A DNA stretch of 63,207 bases, counting the filler, from Choristocarpus tenellus KU-1152 (Eukaryota > Protista > Phaeophyceae): NCBI GenBank assembly GCA_964200185.2. It is 14 parts of 14 records of this genome, joined end to end, with 100 filler letters (N's around TTAATTAATTAA, not from the genome) between each part and the next. Parts side by side here need not be neighbours in the genome. Positions count along the whole stretch, not along the records: positions 41,384 to 52,433 come from CAXNAD020002542.1; positions 52,534 to 55,940 come from CAXNAD020020245.1; positions 56,041 to 59,955 come from CAXNAD020017176.1; positions 60,056 to 63,207 come from CAXNAD020021936.1; 10 more parts are not named here. One strand, written 5' to 3'. Positions 52,236 to 63,207 of this stretch are shown here, piece by piece. The notes below the pieces were generated by a model. That model was not told the DNA's origin, did not search any database, and saw only the letters and a program-made list of their open reading frames with translations. The position numbers were made by a program, and so were the translations under genes. The number at the start of each line of letters is the position of its first letter. The stretch's first letter is position 1.

Positions 52236-52779
52236 TCACCCAATAATCCTTGTACTGATGAACAGCTTGAGGAATCCATCAGTGTTTTCGGGTACAACTT
52301 TCTGATGGAGATGAAACCTAACTGAACATGTTTTGATGCGACTTTGGACCAGGTGCCTTTCATGAGCTAAAAAAGTGGGGGTAGGTAGTGGCTCAAAGTA
52401 TCTGTTGGGGGGGGGGGGGGGGGCTACAACCGGNNNNNNNNNNNNNNNNNNNNNNNNNNNNNNNNNNNNNNNNNNNNTTAATTAATTAANNNNNNNNNNN
52501 NNNNNNNNNNNNNNNNNNNNNNNNNNNNNNNNNATCTCCCTGGTGACTCCAGCTTAAAACGCATGACACATCGAGACAATGCCACTTGCGTAGTCACCGA
52601 AACACCCTAGTATCTGAACTATGCACTTAACGACGATTACTACTACTACTACTACTACTGGTCAGTGACATAGAGTTATGTTGCAAGGCAACAAACTTGA
52701 TTTATTAAGGCGAAGTCACGGATGGTGGAATATTACAGGACGTAGGGGTTGGTGGGCGACATTGCTTTCCAGCATATTA

Positions 52780-55354
52780 TGTTACATGCGATATGTCTTG
52801 ATGGCGGTTTCGTAAACACACCATTATGACCTTGAAGTTCTAGATTTGATATATTTGTACTTCTTGATTATTTATTTATTATTTGGTCATTATGATCCCC
52901 CATTGTGATAAGACAACGTAGACCAGTTCCTTTTTATACAATTATATTGATGATAATCCAAGTGAGAGATCCTGCGTACTTGACGACTTGTGCATCAGGA
53001 GTCCTATACGTACATCAGTATCATCTATAGGCCCGTAGTTGGAGCTATATATCCTGTGGAGGTAAGGTTTCGGGGGCACCTGTAACATGGAGGTCCTACC
53101 ACCTCTCTTCAAACTGTATAGAGTACTCAGTATTCACCTCAACACTTAGGATTCTTGGTAGCTCCCTATGATAGCCTGGAAAAAAAAAATCCACCTGATT
53201 CGGTGGTCTCCTTGGATGGTTCTGGATCACCTTCGTTGTCTACGGGACTTCCTTCTACTTGGCCTCGTCGTCTCCTTGGTTGTGATGGCATCTGTGACTC
53301 CGAGGGAACCATCATCCTTCTATAGTTGTACAACGAGTGGTCTCTTGACCGTCACATCATCCACCTATCTATATAGTCGTAAACGAGCAGTTTCTGGCTG
53401 CCATGGTATAGACGTTGCCTAGGTAGTTCTTCCTCACCATTTGTACACTTCACATTCCCGATCTGTTTTTTGTGTGTCGTGGTGTTCTTTTACTTCAAAG
53501 GTTCCGCTGGGAATCAGTAATTAGGAGAGATTCCAGCCCAGGGTCAGACTTTGCGAGAATTCCAATAGCAGTTGTGACGGCTCAACACGCTTATGCATCG
53601 CGTCCACACATCAATAATTCAACCCCTTTCCACATTCTCAAAATAAACAAGGAGATCTGTCGACCATTGTTGGAATCCACGGGTTTAGTTGGAACTGGAG
53701 TCCCCATGTTGGAAACAACTGGCAGAGTTGGAACAGAGTCGGAACTGGAGTCCCTAGGTTGAAAAAAAATGGCAGAGTCGGAACTGGAGCCCCTATATTG
53801 GAAACAACTGACAGAGTCGGAACAGGAGCGCCTATGTCGCCATGTGGCAGTTAATACATGCTGCCGCAGCACGATTCGAGGTGATAGATGATACTTAATT
53901 GTCCTGACCTGTGATGATCGCCTGTGGTAAGCACGAAGCATGTATTCCTAGTTCACGCTGGGCGGCATGTTACAGGCGAATGAATAGCATGTCTGCCTTT
54001 TCACATTCCAATCCGTGTGAGTAGCCTTGTTATGACATTTACTATTTTATGTGGGTTGTAGACATTTTTGTTTATATTTGAGACATGATTCTAGTCTTGA
54101 ATTCTGTGCTTATAGTTCTGAAGGGGGAAGCGTTTATGGCGGTACCCTATTTCAGTGCTATTGTGATTTTGCATCCATATTCATTTGTGTCGATATTTGT
54201 GAGGGGGGGGAGTCTTACTATGACACTCCCTATTATTCTGAGTCTTTTTTTGTTTGTATGTTCTTTGTTCGTAGGTAGGGCAAGCCTTTATTTGGCAGCA
54301 CCTCATTTTTGTTTGTGACTGTGAGACATGATCTTGGTGTCCCATAGTTTTTGTTTATAGTTTTGAAGGGGGACAGTCTACGGCAGTATTCTATTTCAGT
54401 GCTACTGTAATTTTGTGCCTGTATTCACTTTTGTTGATATTTGTGAAGAGGGAGAGACTTGCTGAGATACTCCTTATTTTTATATTTTATTCTAAGATGT
54501 TTGATTTTTTTGTATATGTTCATAGTTCCTAGCGAGGGTAAGCCTCTCCATGACAGCACCCAATCTCTTTTGTGATTGTGAGTCATGATCTTAGTGTCCT
54601 GTCGTTGCTGTGTTTTAGTTCTGAAGGGGGAGAGTCTATGGCAATACACAAGTCCAGTGCTGCTATGGTTCTTATATCTGTATTTGTGTTTGTTTAGCTT
54701 GGAAGGGGTGGAGTCTTTTTAGACAGTACCCTACTGTTGACGTGTGTATGAGACTCTGGTGTAGGAGTTTTTCTTTTGAACGTTGAGTCAAATGCAGAGT
54801 GAGTGCCGTGAGGTGCGAGTGTCGCGCTAACATATCTGTTGTCAGGGCAAACGTTGGAAGGGGGTTTTCCCTCCAGGTTTCCTCCTCCGCTGGATCCCCA
54901 ACGCTGCCTACTGATATGTTAGGACCTAGAAGTGACATTCATTTCATTTCTGCTGCATTCATGATAGGATGAGGAGTGAAATTATATTTCCTTGTCCAAT
55001 CGCCTTTTGATCGCATTGAAGCAGTTATGCTTCATGCTAGGGGGGCATGTCACAGGCGATATGTCTTGATGGCGGTTTCATAAACACCATTATGACATTG
55101 AAGTTCTAGATTTGAATTTTTTGTACTTCTTAATTATTTATTTATTATTTGGTCATTATGGTTCCCGATTGTGAGAAGACAGCGTGGACCAGTTACTTTT
55201 TGTATGACGATATTGACGATAATCAAAGTGAGAGATCCAGCATACTTGACGACTTGTGCATCAGGAGTCCTCTGCGTACATCAGCATCATCTATAAGACC
55301 GTGGATTAGAGCTATACATCCTGGGGAGGTAAGCTTTCTGGGGCACCTGTAACA
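52780..55354 (+). mobile_element. Non-autonomous LTR retrotransposon (LTRs 52780-53087 and 55048-55354)
   Basis: About 308-bp diverged direct repeats with TGTYACA...CCTGTAACA ends. PBS TGGAGGTCCTACC follows the 5' LTR (53088-53100) and a polypurine run AGGGGGG precedes the 3' LTR. There is no long internal ORF and no clear TSD. Confidence 0.85.
54080..54735. repeat. ~250-bp diverged tandem repeat (about 2.5-3 units) inside the LTR element
   Basis: GAGWCATGAT...TAGTTYTGAAGGGGG...CAGTGCT recurs at ~54080, ~54323 and ~54580. Confidence 0.75.
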
Positions 55355-57505
55355 TTAGCACGTGTATGCTAAAGGTGGCTGTTCATTACATCATGTCACG
55401 CTTTTATTAAATTGATTTAGATCATCATGAAATGACTAATCCCTCCTAAAACAGAAAAAAAAGAAGATTCAAGTCTACCAACAGGTAAGAGTTGGAGACT
55501 TCAGGTGAGCCATACATGTTACATATTTATTTATTATTTTTCGTGTGGCATGACCCCCCGACATGATGTAATGACCGTACAGTCACCTCGTATCGTTTTA
55601 GGAGAGTTGAGCCAAACTCATCGTACGTTCATCCGAGTTGTCCGCTTGGAATATTGCTGTCGTGAGCAATATTTCCAATCGAAGTCAGAATTGAGGAAGG
55701 AGAATGGGTGCACACATCTGATCTCTTCGTTTGCTGTGTTGATTTTATCATGTAACACACAATGTTGTTTTCACGCATCAGAGTGGTGATCAAATCATCA
55801 TATAACACCCATATAGCAATGTTGAATCACAAACACTAGTCAAATATTTTTGTTGACATCGTGTAACAGTGTTGTTACAGGCGAGTAGCGCGAGTATTTC
55901 TTCCCGCGCTTTGACTGGCGCGAGCAGTATACGCGCGTGGNNNNNNNNNNNNNNNNNNNNNNNNNNNNNNNNNNNNNNNNNNNNTTAATTAATTAANNNN
56001 NNNNNNNNNNNNNNNNNNNNNNNNNNNNNNNNNNNNNNNNTACATCGAAATTGCAACATTGGATTTTGCCCCCCAAATGGACGCGGCTCTACCCTCTAAG
56101 ATACTTTGGCTCTAACTTGTGTGAGGTTGAAGGGTAGGGGGGGTGACTGGAAATCAATGGCAAAGGGGTCGCACTGGTTGTCATCGGAGGTGGGAGGTAG
56201 CTAGGAAACCAGTGGCGAAGAGGTAACACTGGGCTGGTCATAAGTAGGGGTAAATAGGGAAGGAAAGGTATGGGGAAATGAGTGAATTGCAAACAAGGAA
56301 TAAAAATAATAATAATACAGAATTTATGAGCAAAACAAATGTTAGTTTGAGGTTGATCGTTCTTGTGACTCTCCACGAGTAATTTTTGCATTCCGTGCGC
56401 ACCCCTTTCCCTTTCAAACCAGTTAAACCAAAATTCAACGAACCAGAAAACAGCTAGATAATCGCACTAGCCAGTGGGCATCCACATGACTCAGTTGTTA
56501 GGGCAACAGCAAACGGTGTGAATATTTTGTCTGTTGGAGTACCTTCGACGCCAGATTCCTTTCCATTCAAATATGGTTTCGATGATGATACTGTTCCAAG
56601 TGCCAAACGCACAACAGATTGTGCACCCTGTACAGTCACAGAACTATGACCGCTATATACCACAAACCATCAGATTTTAGGGAGGAGATAGAGGGATGAG
56701 CAGTGGTAGTGCTGAACCCAACGAGGGAGAATCAAGGCAGGATGGGAGTGCAATCAGTCGCACTAAAAGTAGTACTGGTTGCATACATCGGATAGATATC
56801 ATAAGTGCACTTCTCCTGGTCAGACCCCGAATGGACACCCTGGTATGGGCCCTTCCCCCCCCTCCTGATACTTCGACCCCGAATGGGGATGGATGGAGTT
56901 GGTTGATACCGATTCCTTGTACTCATCATCTTTGGTGAACAGTTGATAGTGGGTCTGCCCCGGTTTATGTGCAGGGCCGTCCATCAGCTTTCAGACGCCG
57001 CCCCTTCTCGTTCTAGCGAAGTGTCGGGGTTGCCCTAAGGCTTGTGTAGTTCAAGATCCATTAGTGTTGGGATATTTGATTATCCTCCTCAAGCTGCACC
57101 TCCCTGATGGTGCCATGTTTCTTCGAGTCACCTTGTCCTTCTAAATAGTTTCAATAACCTTCTAGATGGTTGCGCTTCCTTCTTCTTCTCCGCCATCTTA
57201 GTGAAGACCCTTACTATCTATGGTAACCCTCCCAAATCATGCTGGAGTGAGTTCCACTACTGTAAGTGAATGGGCAAGTTCTGTGTAACCGGAGGTGACA
57301 ACAGCCACCAGAAAGGAGAACAAAGAAAATACGGAAGAAAGGTATGAAGCCACCACCTTAATCTATCCAGTAAAAAGTACAAAATAATAAGATTCCTACA
57401 GATCTAAAAGAGTCAAACCAACCGAGAGGTAGACAGGGTTGCATTTTATGGATACCTACAAAAGGCAAAAATACGTCATGTTGTACAATCTCAGAAAGAA
57501 CCTTT

Positions 57506-57764
57506 GAGCCAAAGTATCTTAGAGGGTAGGGTCGCGTCCATTTGGGGGCCAAAATCCAATGCTGCAATTTCGATGTATTTTCGGTTATTGTGTTTGCTAG
57601 GAAGTGTCAATACCCTTGTTCCGAACACACATTTTCATAACGAATACATCTTACCTACTCTGAAACATTTCGGAGTAGGAAAATGTCTTAAAAAAAAACA
57701 TGGGAAGCCAAGCCCCAAATGGACAAAAAGGGCAAAACTCGTACCCTCTAAGATACTTTCGCTC
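57506..57764 (+). mobile_element. MITE family A, full copy
   Basis: GAGCCAAAGTATCTTAGAGGGTA...TACCCTCTAAGATACTTTCGCTC; TSD imperfect (CTTT/TTTG). Confidence 0.88.
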
Positions 57765-57899
57765 TTTGCTGAATTGTGGTGTCACTTTGTGAGTAAGGTA
57801 GAATAGCAACAAGTGTACATTTTTGTGCATTTCAAGAAATTGAGATAGAGTGTAATGCACAGGATAAGAAAGGTGGCTTGAAATAAAAAAGGATCGAAA

Positions 57900-59650
57900 C
57901 CTGCCTATCTCTCGGTTGGTTTGGCTCAAACGAATAAATATGGAAATTGGCGATGTGACACAGAGACTATCAGAACAAGTGTATACTTTGAACGATCACC
58001 TTATACAGGAGACTCAAGTTATTCTCCTTCGAACTCTGCCAGGTACACATTCGTGAAATCCGATCAGGGTCCCCTAATTATCGAGAGGGAGTGGAAGATA
58101 GACTATTGTTTCTTACGGTTTCATTCAATTCGAACAGCAACTTGGGGAATTGTTGATGCCCGTGCAACCACTAGTTGTACCAAACTTGGGAGTGAGTAAA
58201 CGTTTTTCGTATGTCGGTACTATATTGCCGCTTTTGAGGTAGCGCTAGATGGGGACAAGGAAGAGTTGTCATTCAAGGAAGGTAGCGTTTGTATTCCAGC
58301 AACTCACAAACATTTTAACCTTTCGCCCTCCAATATGCCCCCCCCATCAAACGACTGCCAGACTGGAACTCCAGCAGAGGTCAAGAAGTAATAACATGAA
58401 TCAAGATCAGTTGTCAGGTCACTATTTTCATAATACCTCTATGTACAATGAAAAATATTTACCTTCACCTCTGGCACGGAAATTGTTGTTGTGGTATTTT
58501 TCCCAGGCCCTTTGAGGAACAGCCAAAGAATTATGTTGTGGAAACAATCACTAAGACAAGTATGGGCCTCCTTCAAGGAAGACAACCTCCATTCCGCCTC
58601 GCAATACATTCTGTTGAAAAACTAGTAAACCCCTGAGCTGCTGACTATCTGCTCGGTAGCTCAGGGGTTCACTAGTGTTTCAACACATTCTTATGGTTCG
58701 ATACATCGTTACATTTTGGGCAGAAGGGAGATATGTGGACAAACGTGCCAATCTGTCAGAGAAGTTGTTAAAGCAGCTACAATTTATTTTGGCAGGTCAT
58801 GTATCCCTGTAGGACGCACGCATATATTCTTAGATACAGCAACACTTGCAGTTCTAGTCACACCCTCTAACTGTATTTGGAACGCTGAACATATGGAAGG
58901 CGCTTTTAGACCTCGCGTGATACACGGCCTGAGACACTCGACTCTAATCGAGGAAGGGAGTTGAGAATGAACTGATCCAGGAGATACCGAAAGTGTATTG
59001 TTATCAAACAAAAACCACGGTCGATCGTCATCGATGACATTGGGTGTGCAAAAGAATCCATTCCACATAATTACATCATACTGTGGGCGTGCGCTTCTGT
59101 TACGAGACAAACTGACTAGGCATCTACATCCCCTCTCTCTACATTTTTATACCTAACACTCAACACAGCCCCTATTTATAGGCGTCTAAGATGGGTTAGA
59201 CAAACGATGAGGATACGATCTTGAATTGGAGGAAGTGCTGCAGTCCGGTTTAACATCCTTGACAGGCGCTTGCCTTGCAACAAACCTTGCCCTGAATCCC
59301 TTGGGAATATGAAATATGATGAACGGCACCCCAGGGCTCTAGTTCGAGCTAAGTGGCACTCTGTTGCAGGGTAGATGATTTGTATTAATTTCTTACAAGG
59401 TGACCTGTTTATGCTTTGCAAACTTCTTCGGAGCAACCCCCAAAATGGATGGGGGACTAAGATGATGGTGTAATGGAAAAAAATTGTCAACCAGTATTAA
59501 ACAACGAGAGGTTGCTGTGTATTGTTTGTCTTTCTGCTAGACTGTCGCTGTTATTAATGACCTCATTTGGAGCCTCTTTTCCTCGAAACATCACCTGATG
59601 CCCACTCAACACTCTGTAATCTCGAAATGAACTGTGACTTAGCATAAGAG
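57900..59650 (+). mobile_element. Highly degenerate Gypsy pol relic
   Basis: Frame fragments GFIQFEQQLGELLMPVQPLVVPNLG and IAAFEVALDGDKEELSF align with the protease region GFIRFAPALGDTTLPVEALVIPQLG...MQAFGAILDWQEQRLSF of the element at 28-31 kb. The 3' boundary is approximate. Confidence 0.55.
58612..58685. mobile_element. 74-bp hairpin mini-element with TGT...ACA ends and a 5-bp TSD
   Basis: Arms TGTTGAAAAACTAGTAAACCCCTGAGCTGCTGA and TCGGTAGCTCAGGGGTTCACTAGTGTTTCAACA; CATTC direct repeat at 58607-58611 and 58686-58690. Confidence 0.8.
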
Positions 59651-60213
59651 TTGCTATTTTTTCTCTACGCACCCACTGTATTTGGACTGTTCTATGTATC
59701 CACGTGCATGGAGCAATCAGTCACACAATATTTGCACATGTAAGCATACAACAAAACCCACACTTGCAGAGAATACAACAAATACACTTACAAAGAAAAA
59801 AAAAAGAAGTTGGTTCACTCTCCTGCAAAGGAACAATGTATACGATGCAACGAGTGAGAAGCTCTATATCTAACTCAGTTGCACCCTGTGCAAATTACCT
59901 TGGGAGGTAATGCTATTTCTCAGTAGTGAAGATAAGAGGGTGTGAAGCCTCACACNNNNNNNNNNNNNNNNNNNNNNNNNNNNNNNNNNNNNNNNNNNNT
60001 TAATTAATTAANNNNNNNNNNNNNNNNNNNNNNNNNNNNNNNNNNNNNNNNNNNNGGCAAATTTCGTACCCTCTAAGATACTTTCACTCTATCCCAAACC
60101 CAGCACCTGTCGCAACCCTAACCCTATTCCCCCACCATTATACCGTCCCTCACCCTTACGCAATAATGAAATTATGCCAAGTCATGTTTCGCTCTTCCTT
60201 CATCCGCTCGCAT

Positions 60214-60569
60214 CATGTCCTTTTTGCCATACTTTACCGTACGAAAAAGTATGGCAAAGGTTGAGGCACTCCACATACGAACTCATTTCAAGCCACACGC
60301 CTCATGTCTTTTTTGCCATGTTTTACCGTACGACAAAGTATGGCAACAGTTGCGGCTGTCCACATAACAACTTCTTTGAAGCCAAACGCACCATGTCATT
60401 TTTCCCGTACTTTGTCCTGCGACAAAGTGTGGCAAAAGTTGCGGCGGTACATATACCAACTTTTTTCAAGCCGTACGCCTCATGTCAGTTTTGCCATACT
60501 TTACCGTACGACAAAGTATGACAAAAGTTGAAGCTGTCCACATACCAACTTCTTTGAAGCCAAACGTCT
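60214..60569. repeat. 89-bp tandem array (4 units), each with an internal palindrome
   Basis: CATGTC starts at 60214, 60303, 60392 and 60481. Consensus core is TTTTGCCATACTTT-ACCGTACGAC-AAAGTATGGCAAAA. Confidence 0.9.
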
Positions 60570-62099
60570 CCAATCCATCGTCCTCGACTTCCACAAAACT
60601 CAATTGCAATATCATATCCCCTGTAGAGAAAGAGGCACATATAATGGTATGTGCATCTGGAGATATGTATTGACCAATACCACATGAAACGTTCAGTATC
60701 CCTTCCACCACAAAAACCATCCTACACAACAGTTTACCGTTTGACGGAACACGTCAATTGCTGTACATACATATGCCAATATTTTCTGGGGCAACACCCA
60801 CTAAACATTTGTCAACTGTTTCCCAAGAAAAAATATCAAAACACACACTCAACCATTCAATAAACTACCTCAATTCACTTCGTCCTGCATGCTTCAAGGT
60901 ATGTATTCATAACCTTTTTGATGTGGCTCATGATTGACCGCATACGCGATTCAGACCTTTTCAGGATATTCTAATCGGGGCAGTTTCAGTTCTCGATGTA
61001 TCCAACACATCCTTCTCTGCGCTTTCAACGTGGGGTGTCATCCAACACAACTGTATCCCGTGGAACACTCGTGACCAAAAATTGTGCAAGCCCCTTCGGC
61101 CGAACAAAGTGGCAATATTATCTATGTTTGCATCATCAAGATCAATCACTAATGTCAAAGGGAAACAAACCCACCAACTCATATCGTAACCTCATTTGAA
61201 TCCCACGCAGGAAACAACGGGGACTAAAGAGACTGCCCAAGCTCAGTGCCACTCGTTCGTAGAAGAAATCTAAAACGGACCAGATCATTGACCTCTTTCT
61301 CTCCATGTTTGTCTACCATGATGGTCCAGAAGATATGGAAGGAAGCAGCCGCACTTGGAACGACCTTGCCTCTTGGTTGTTGGACGAGAAAACAGATTTG
61401 CACCGTTGGCGAGCGCGTTGCGAGTTGTGGTGGCTCGGGAACAATGCAAGTCCACTCCTGATCTCCAGGTGAAGACATTCCTCTAGAATGTGTAAAGAAA
61501 GATCTTAGCACCGATCACACCCGCCAGGTATACAAATCCATCCTCGTCGACATTGATCCTCGTCTTGAAATAGGCGATGATGGCGTGACATCGACGTTTC
61601 AAACCCTTCTGTCCGTCACTGAACGTCTTTGTCACTGAAGACTTCGAGGTGCAGAGTGCTAGCTTTGTTGATGGAGTGTCAACTATTCACATGTCACGGA
61701 CAGACAAGTTGAGAAACGCTTCGTATTGCTTCTAAGAGAACAATGCCCCACACGAATGAATCCACGCTGTCCATGTACAGATGTCACATATCCCCTTATA
61801 TCCCCTCTAACCCAAATAAATTCCTCCCATTACATCCAATCCTGACATCCAAACCAGTGTCATTTTGTTCTCCTAATCTGCAACCTCCACTGACACCTTT
61901 CACATTATATTTTACAAGTTACATAGGGCAAATAAGGGTATCCCATTCATTCATTTCGCTGCCTAAGTGTATCCTCTATCATAAATAAAACTATCCGTTT
62001 CTCATAAAGATCAACAAACAACACCCCTATACAACCCAACAAGGTCATCACGTGCAAAAACATGCCAATAGTCCTACACAATAACACAGCCCCTGCAAC

Positions 62100-62945
62100 G
62101 AACATATTTGCGGTGATATAGGACGCACAACTGGGTCGCTGCGTCGTGCCTCTTCGGGCTATCATCATCCCAGACTTCACAGACATCGCACACAACCACC
62201 TGAACAACACATTCACGATCCTGCCTGGTCAATATCCGAGGTTCACCTCGAAATCCAACCGGCAATCCGTCGGTGGGATACCTGCTCGCTTCTCGAGGCA
62301 ACTAAGACTTGGGGACACATCCGATGCGAGGTTCGGTCGAGGAACCAGCTTCATCCTACGCGCGAGTGGGGGGGGCATCATACAGGGGAAGGTCAGCGAT
62401 GTTCACGTAGATGGTTCAGGGGCGTACATTTACTCAGTGTCCTACCTCCCGGACGATGGCGAAAAACCTTTGCTCCCTCAACTGGGGTCGTACATGACAG
62501 AGGACGAGATCGAGGAGGTTGTCAACCAACTTCGAGAGAGAACAAGAGGGACGAGGCTGCAGCCCTGTGTGTCAGACAACGCCGTTGGTCGATTGTTAAC
62601 CACCAGCGGAAGTGCAGGGACATGGAGAAGGATACTTAGAAATATATACTCCTTGAACAGACACTGAGTTATGCGCCAGAGTTAGATTATGGAGAAACAA
62701 TAAATGCCAGAGCCAAGGGCACGGGACTATATTTCAGATGGGACGATCAGTGGAATCGAGGGACCGTGACTAAGTACCAACCCCACTACACGGTGAAAGT
62801 TAGAGAGGAGCGAGTCAGCTACCCCTACGAGATCGAATGGGAGAATGGCAGCTTGCGAAATATCCAGCTTCTTGTCCAACACTACATATATATATATATA
62901 TATTGACCAAGACGCTCCTACACGGGCCTGGTTCTGGACAAGTCC
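62100..62945 (+). pseudogene. Disrupted ORF with two Tudor/SH3-like modules, probably transposon-derived
   Basis: ORF 62146-62667 contains GIIQGKVSDVHVDGSGAYIYSVSY..D. After a frame change, 62691-62940 reads GLYFRWDDQWNRGTVTKY...YEIEWENGS...L...Y...AW, interrupted by a (TA)n expansion at ~62885-62902. Confidence 0.4.
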
Positions 62946-63207
62946 TACACTGCCACATACTGACGAGAGACACGGCTTTGAGGAGCAACATAGGCCAATT
63001 TCTGTTCGAAAGTGACCCTCTACTTCGCCAATCCGACACATGCCTCGACAAACATGTTATGATGGAGAGATCGGACGTTCTCTAAATCAACGGTCTTATG
63101 CATCGGTATAATGAATTTATTATCTTCCCGAACGTTAAGAATATGCTTTTTATTCGTGTGTAAAAGAAGATTCTGTACAAGAAACAATTTAAGAATGAAG
63201 AGACGGT

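Noticed and set aside
53088-53100. tRNA-Gln gene fragment (also 26326-26344)
   Set aside because: Only the complement of the 3' end including CCA is present, directly next to an LTR. This is a primer-binding site, not a tRNA gene.
5349-60055. Recurrent TTAATTAATTAA flanked by Ns as a biological repeat
   Set aside because: It is an identical 100-bp six-frame-stop linker used to concatenate contigs.
60214-60569. CRISPR-like array (palindromic repeat plus spacer)
   Set aside because: The spacers are homologous to each other, there are no cas genes, and the context is eukaryotic.

Overview
This is eukaryotic nuclear DNA. Intron-rich genes, TTAGGG repeats and long poly-C/G runs suggest a stramenopile, probably a brown alga (inference). 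The window is not one locus: 14 short contigs are joined by an artificial 100-bp linker (N44-TTAATTAATTAA-N44), so adjacency across linkers means nothing. Host genes are all spliced and partial: the 5' seven exons of pyruvate carboxylase (-), two last exons of a probable mitochondrial ClpX (-), six exons of an Aa_trans/SLC38-type amino-acid transporter (+), and five exons of a Pro/Gly/Gln-rich protein (-) that starts head-to-head with the transporter, 156 bp away. Most of the rest is transposon debris: an intron-containing Sola-type DDD transposase pseudogene, three related MITE families with a shared CAAAGTA terminal core (4-bp TSDs clearest in family A), three Ty3/Gypsy relics (one with a chromodomain), a non-coding LTR element with a tRNA-Gln primer site, hAT, MULE and LINE relics, foldback elements and minisatellites. 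I found no CRISPR, rRNA or tRNA gene. The best candidate for an undescribed system is the Sola-like transposase with its MITE network. Other notable signals are a 74-bp TGT...ACA hairpin element with a 5-bp TSD, an 89-bp hairpin array, frequent interstitial telomeric insertions and gene-body CpG depletion. All calls come from manual reading; no database search was run.
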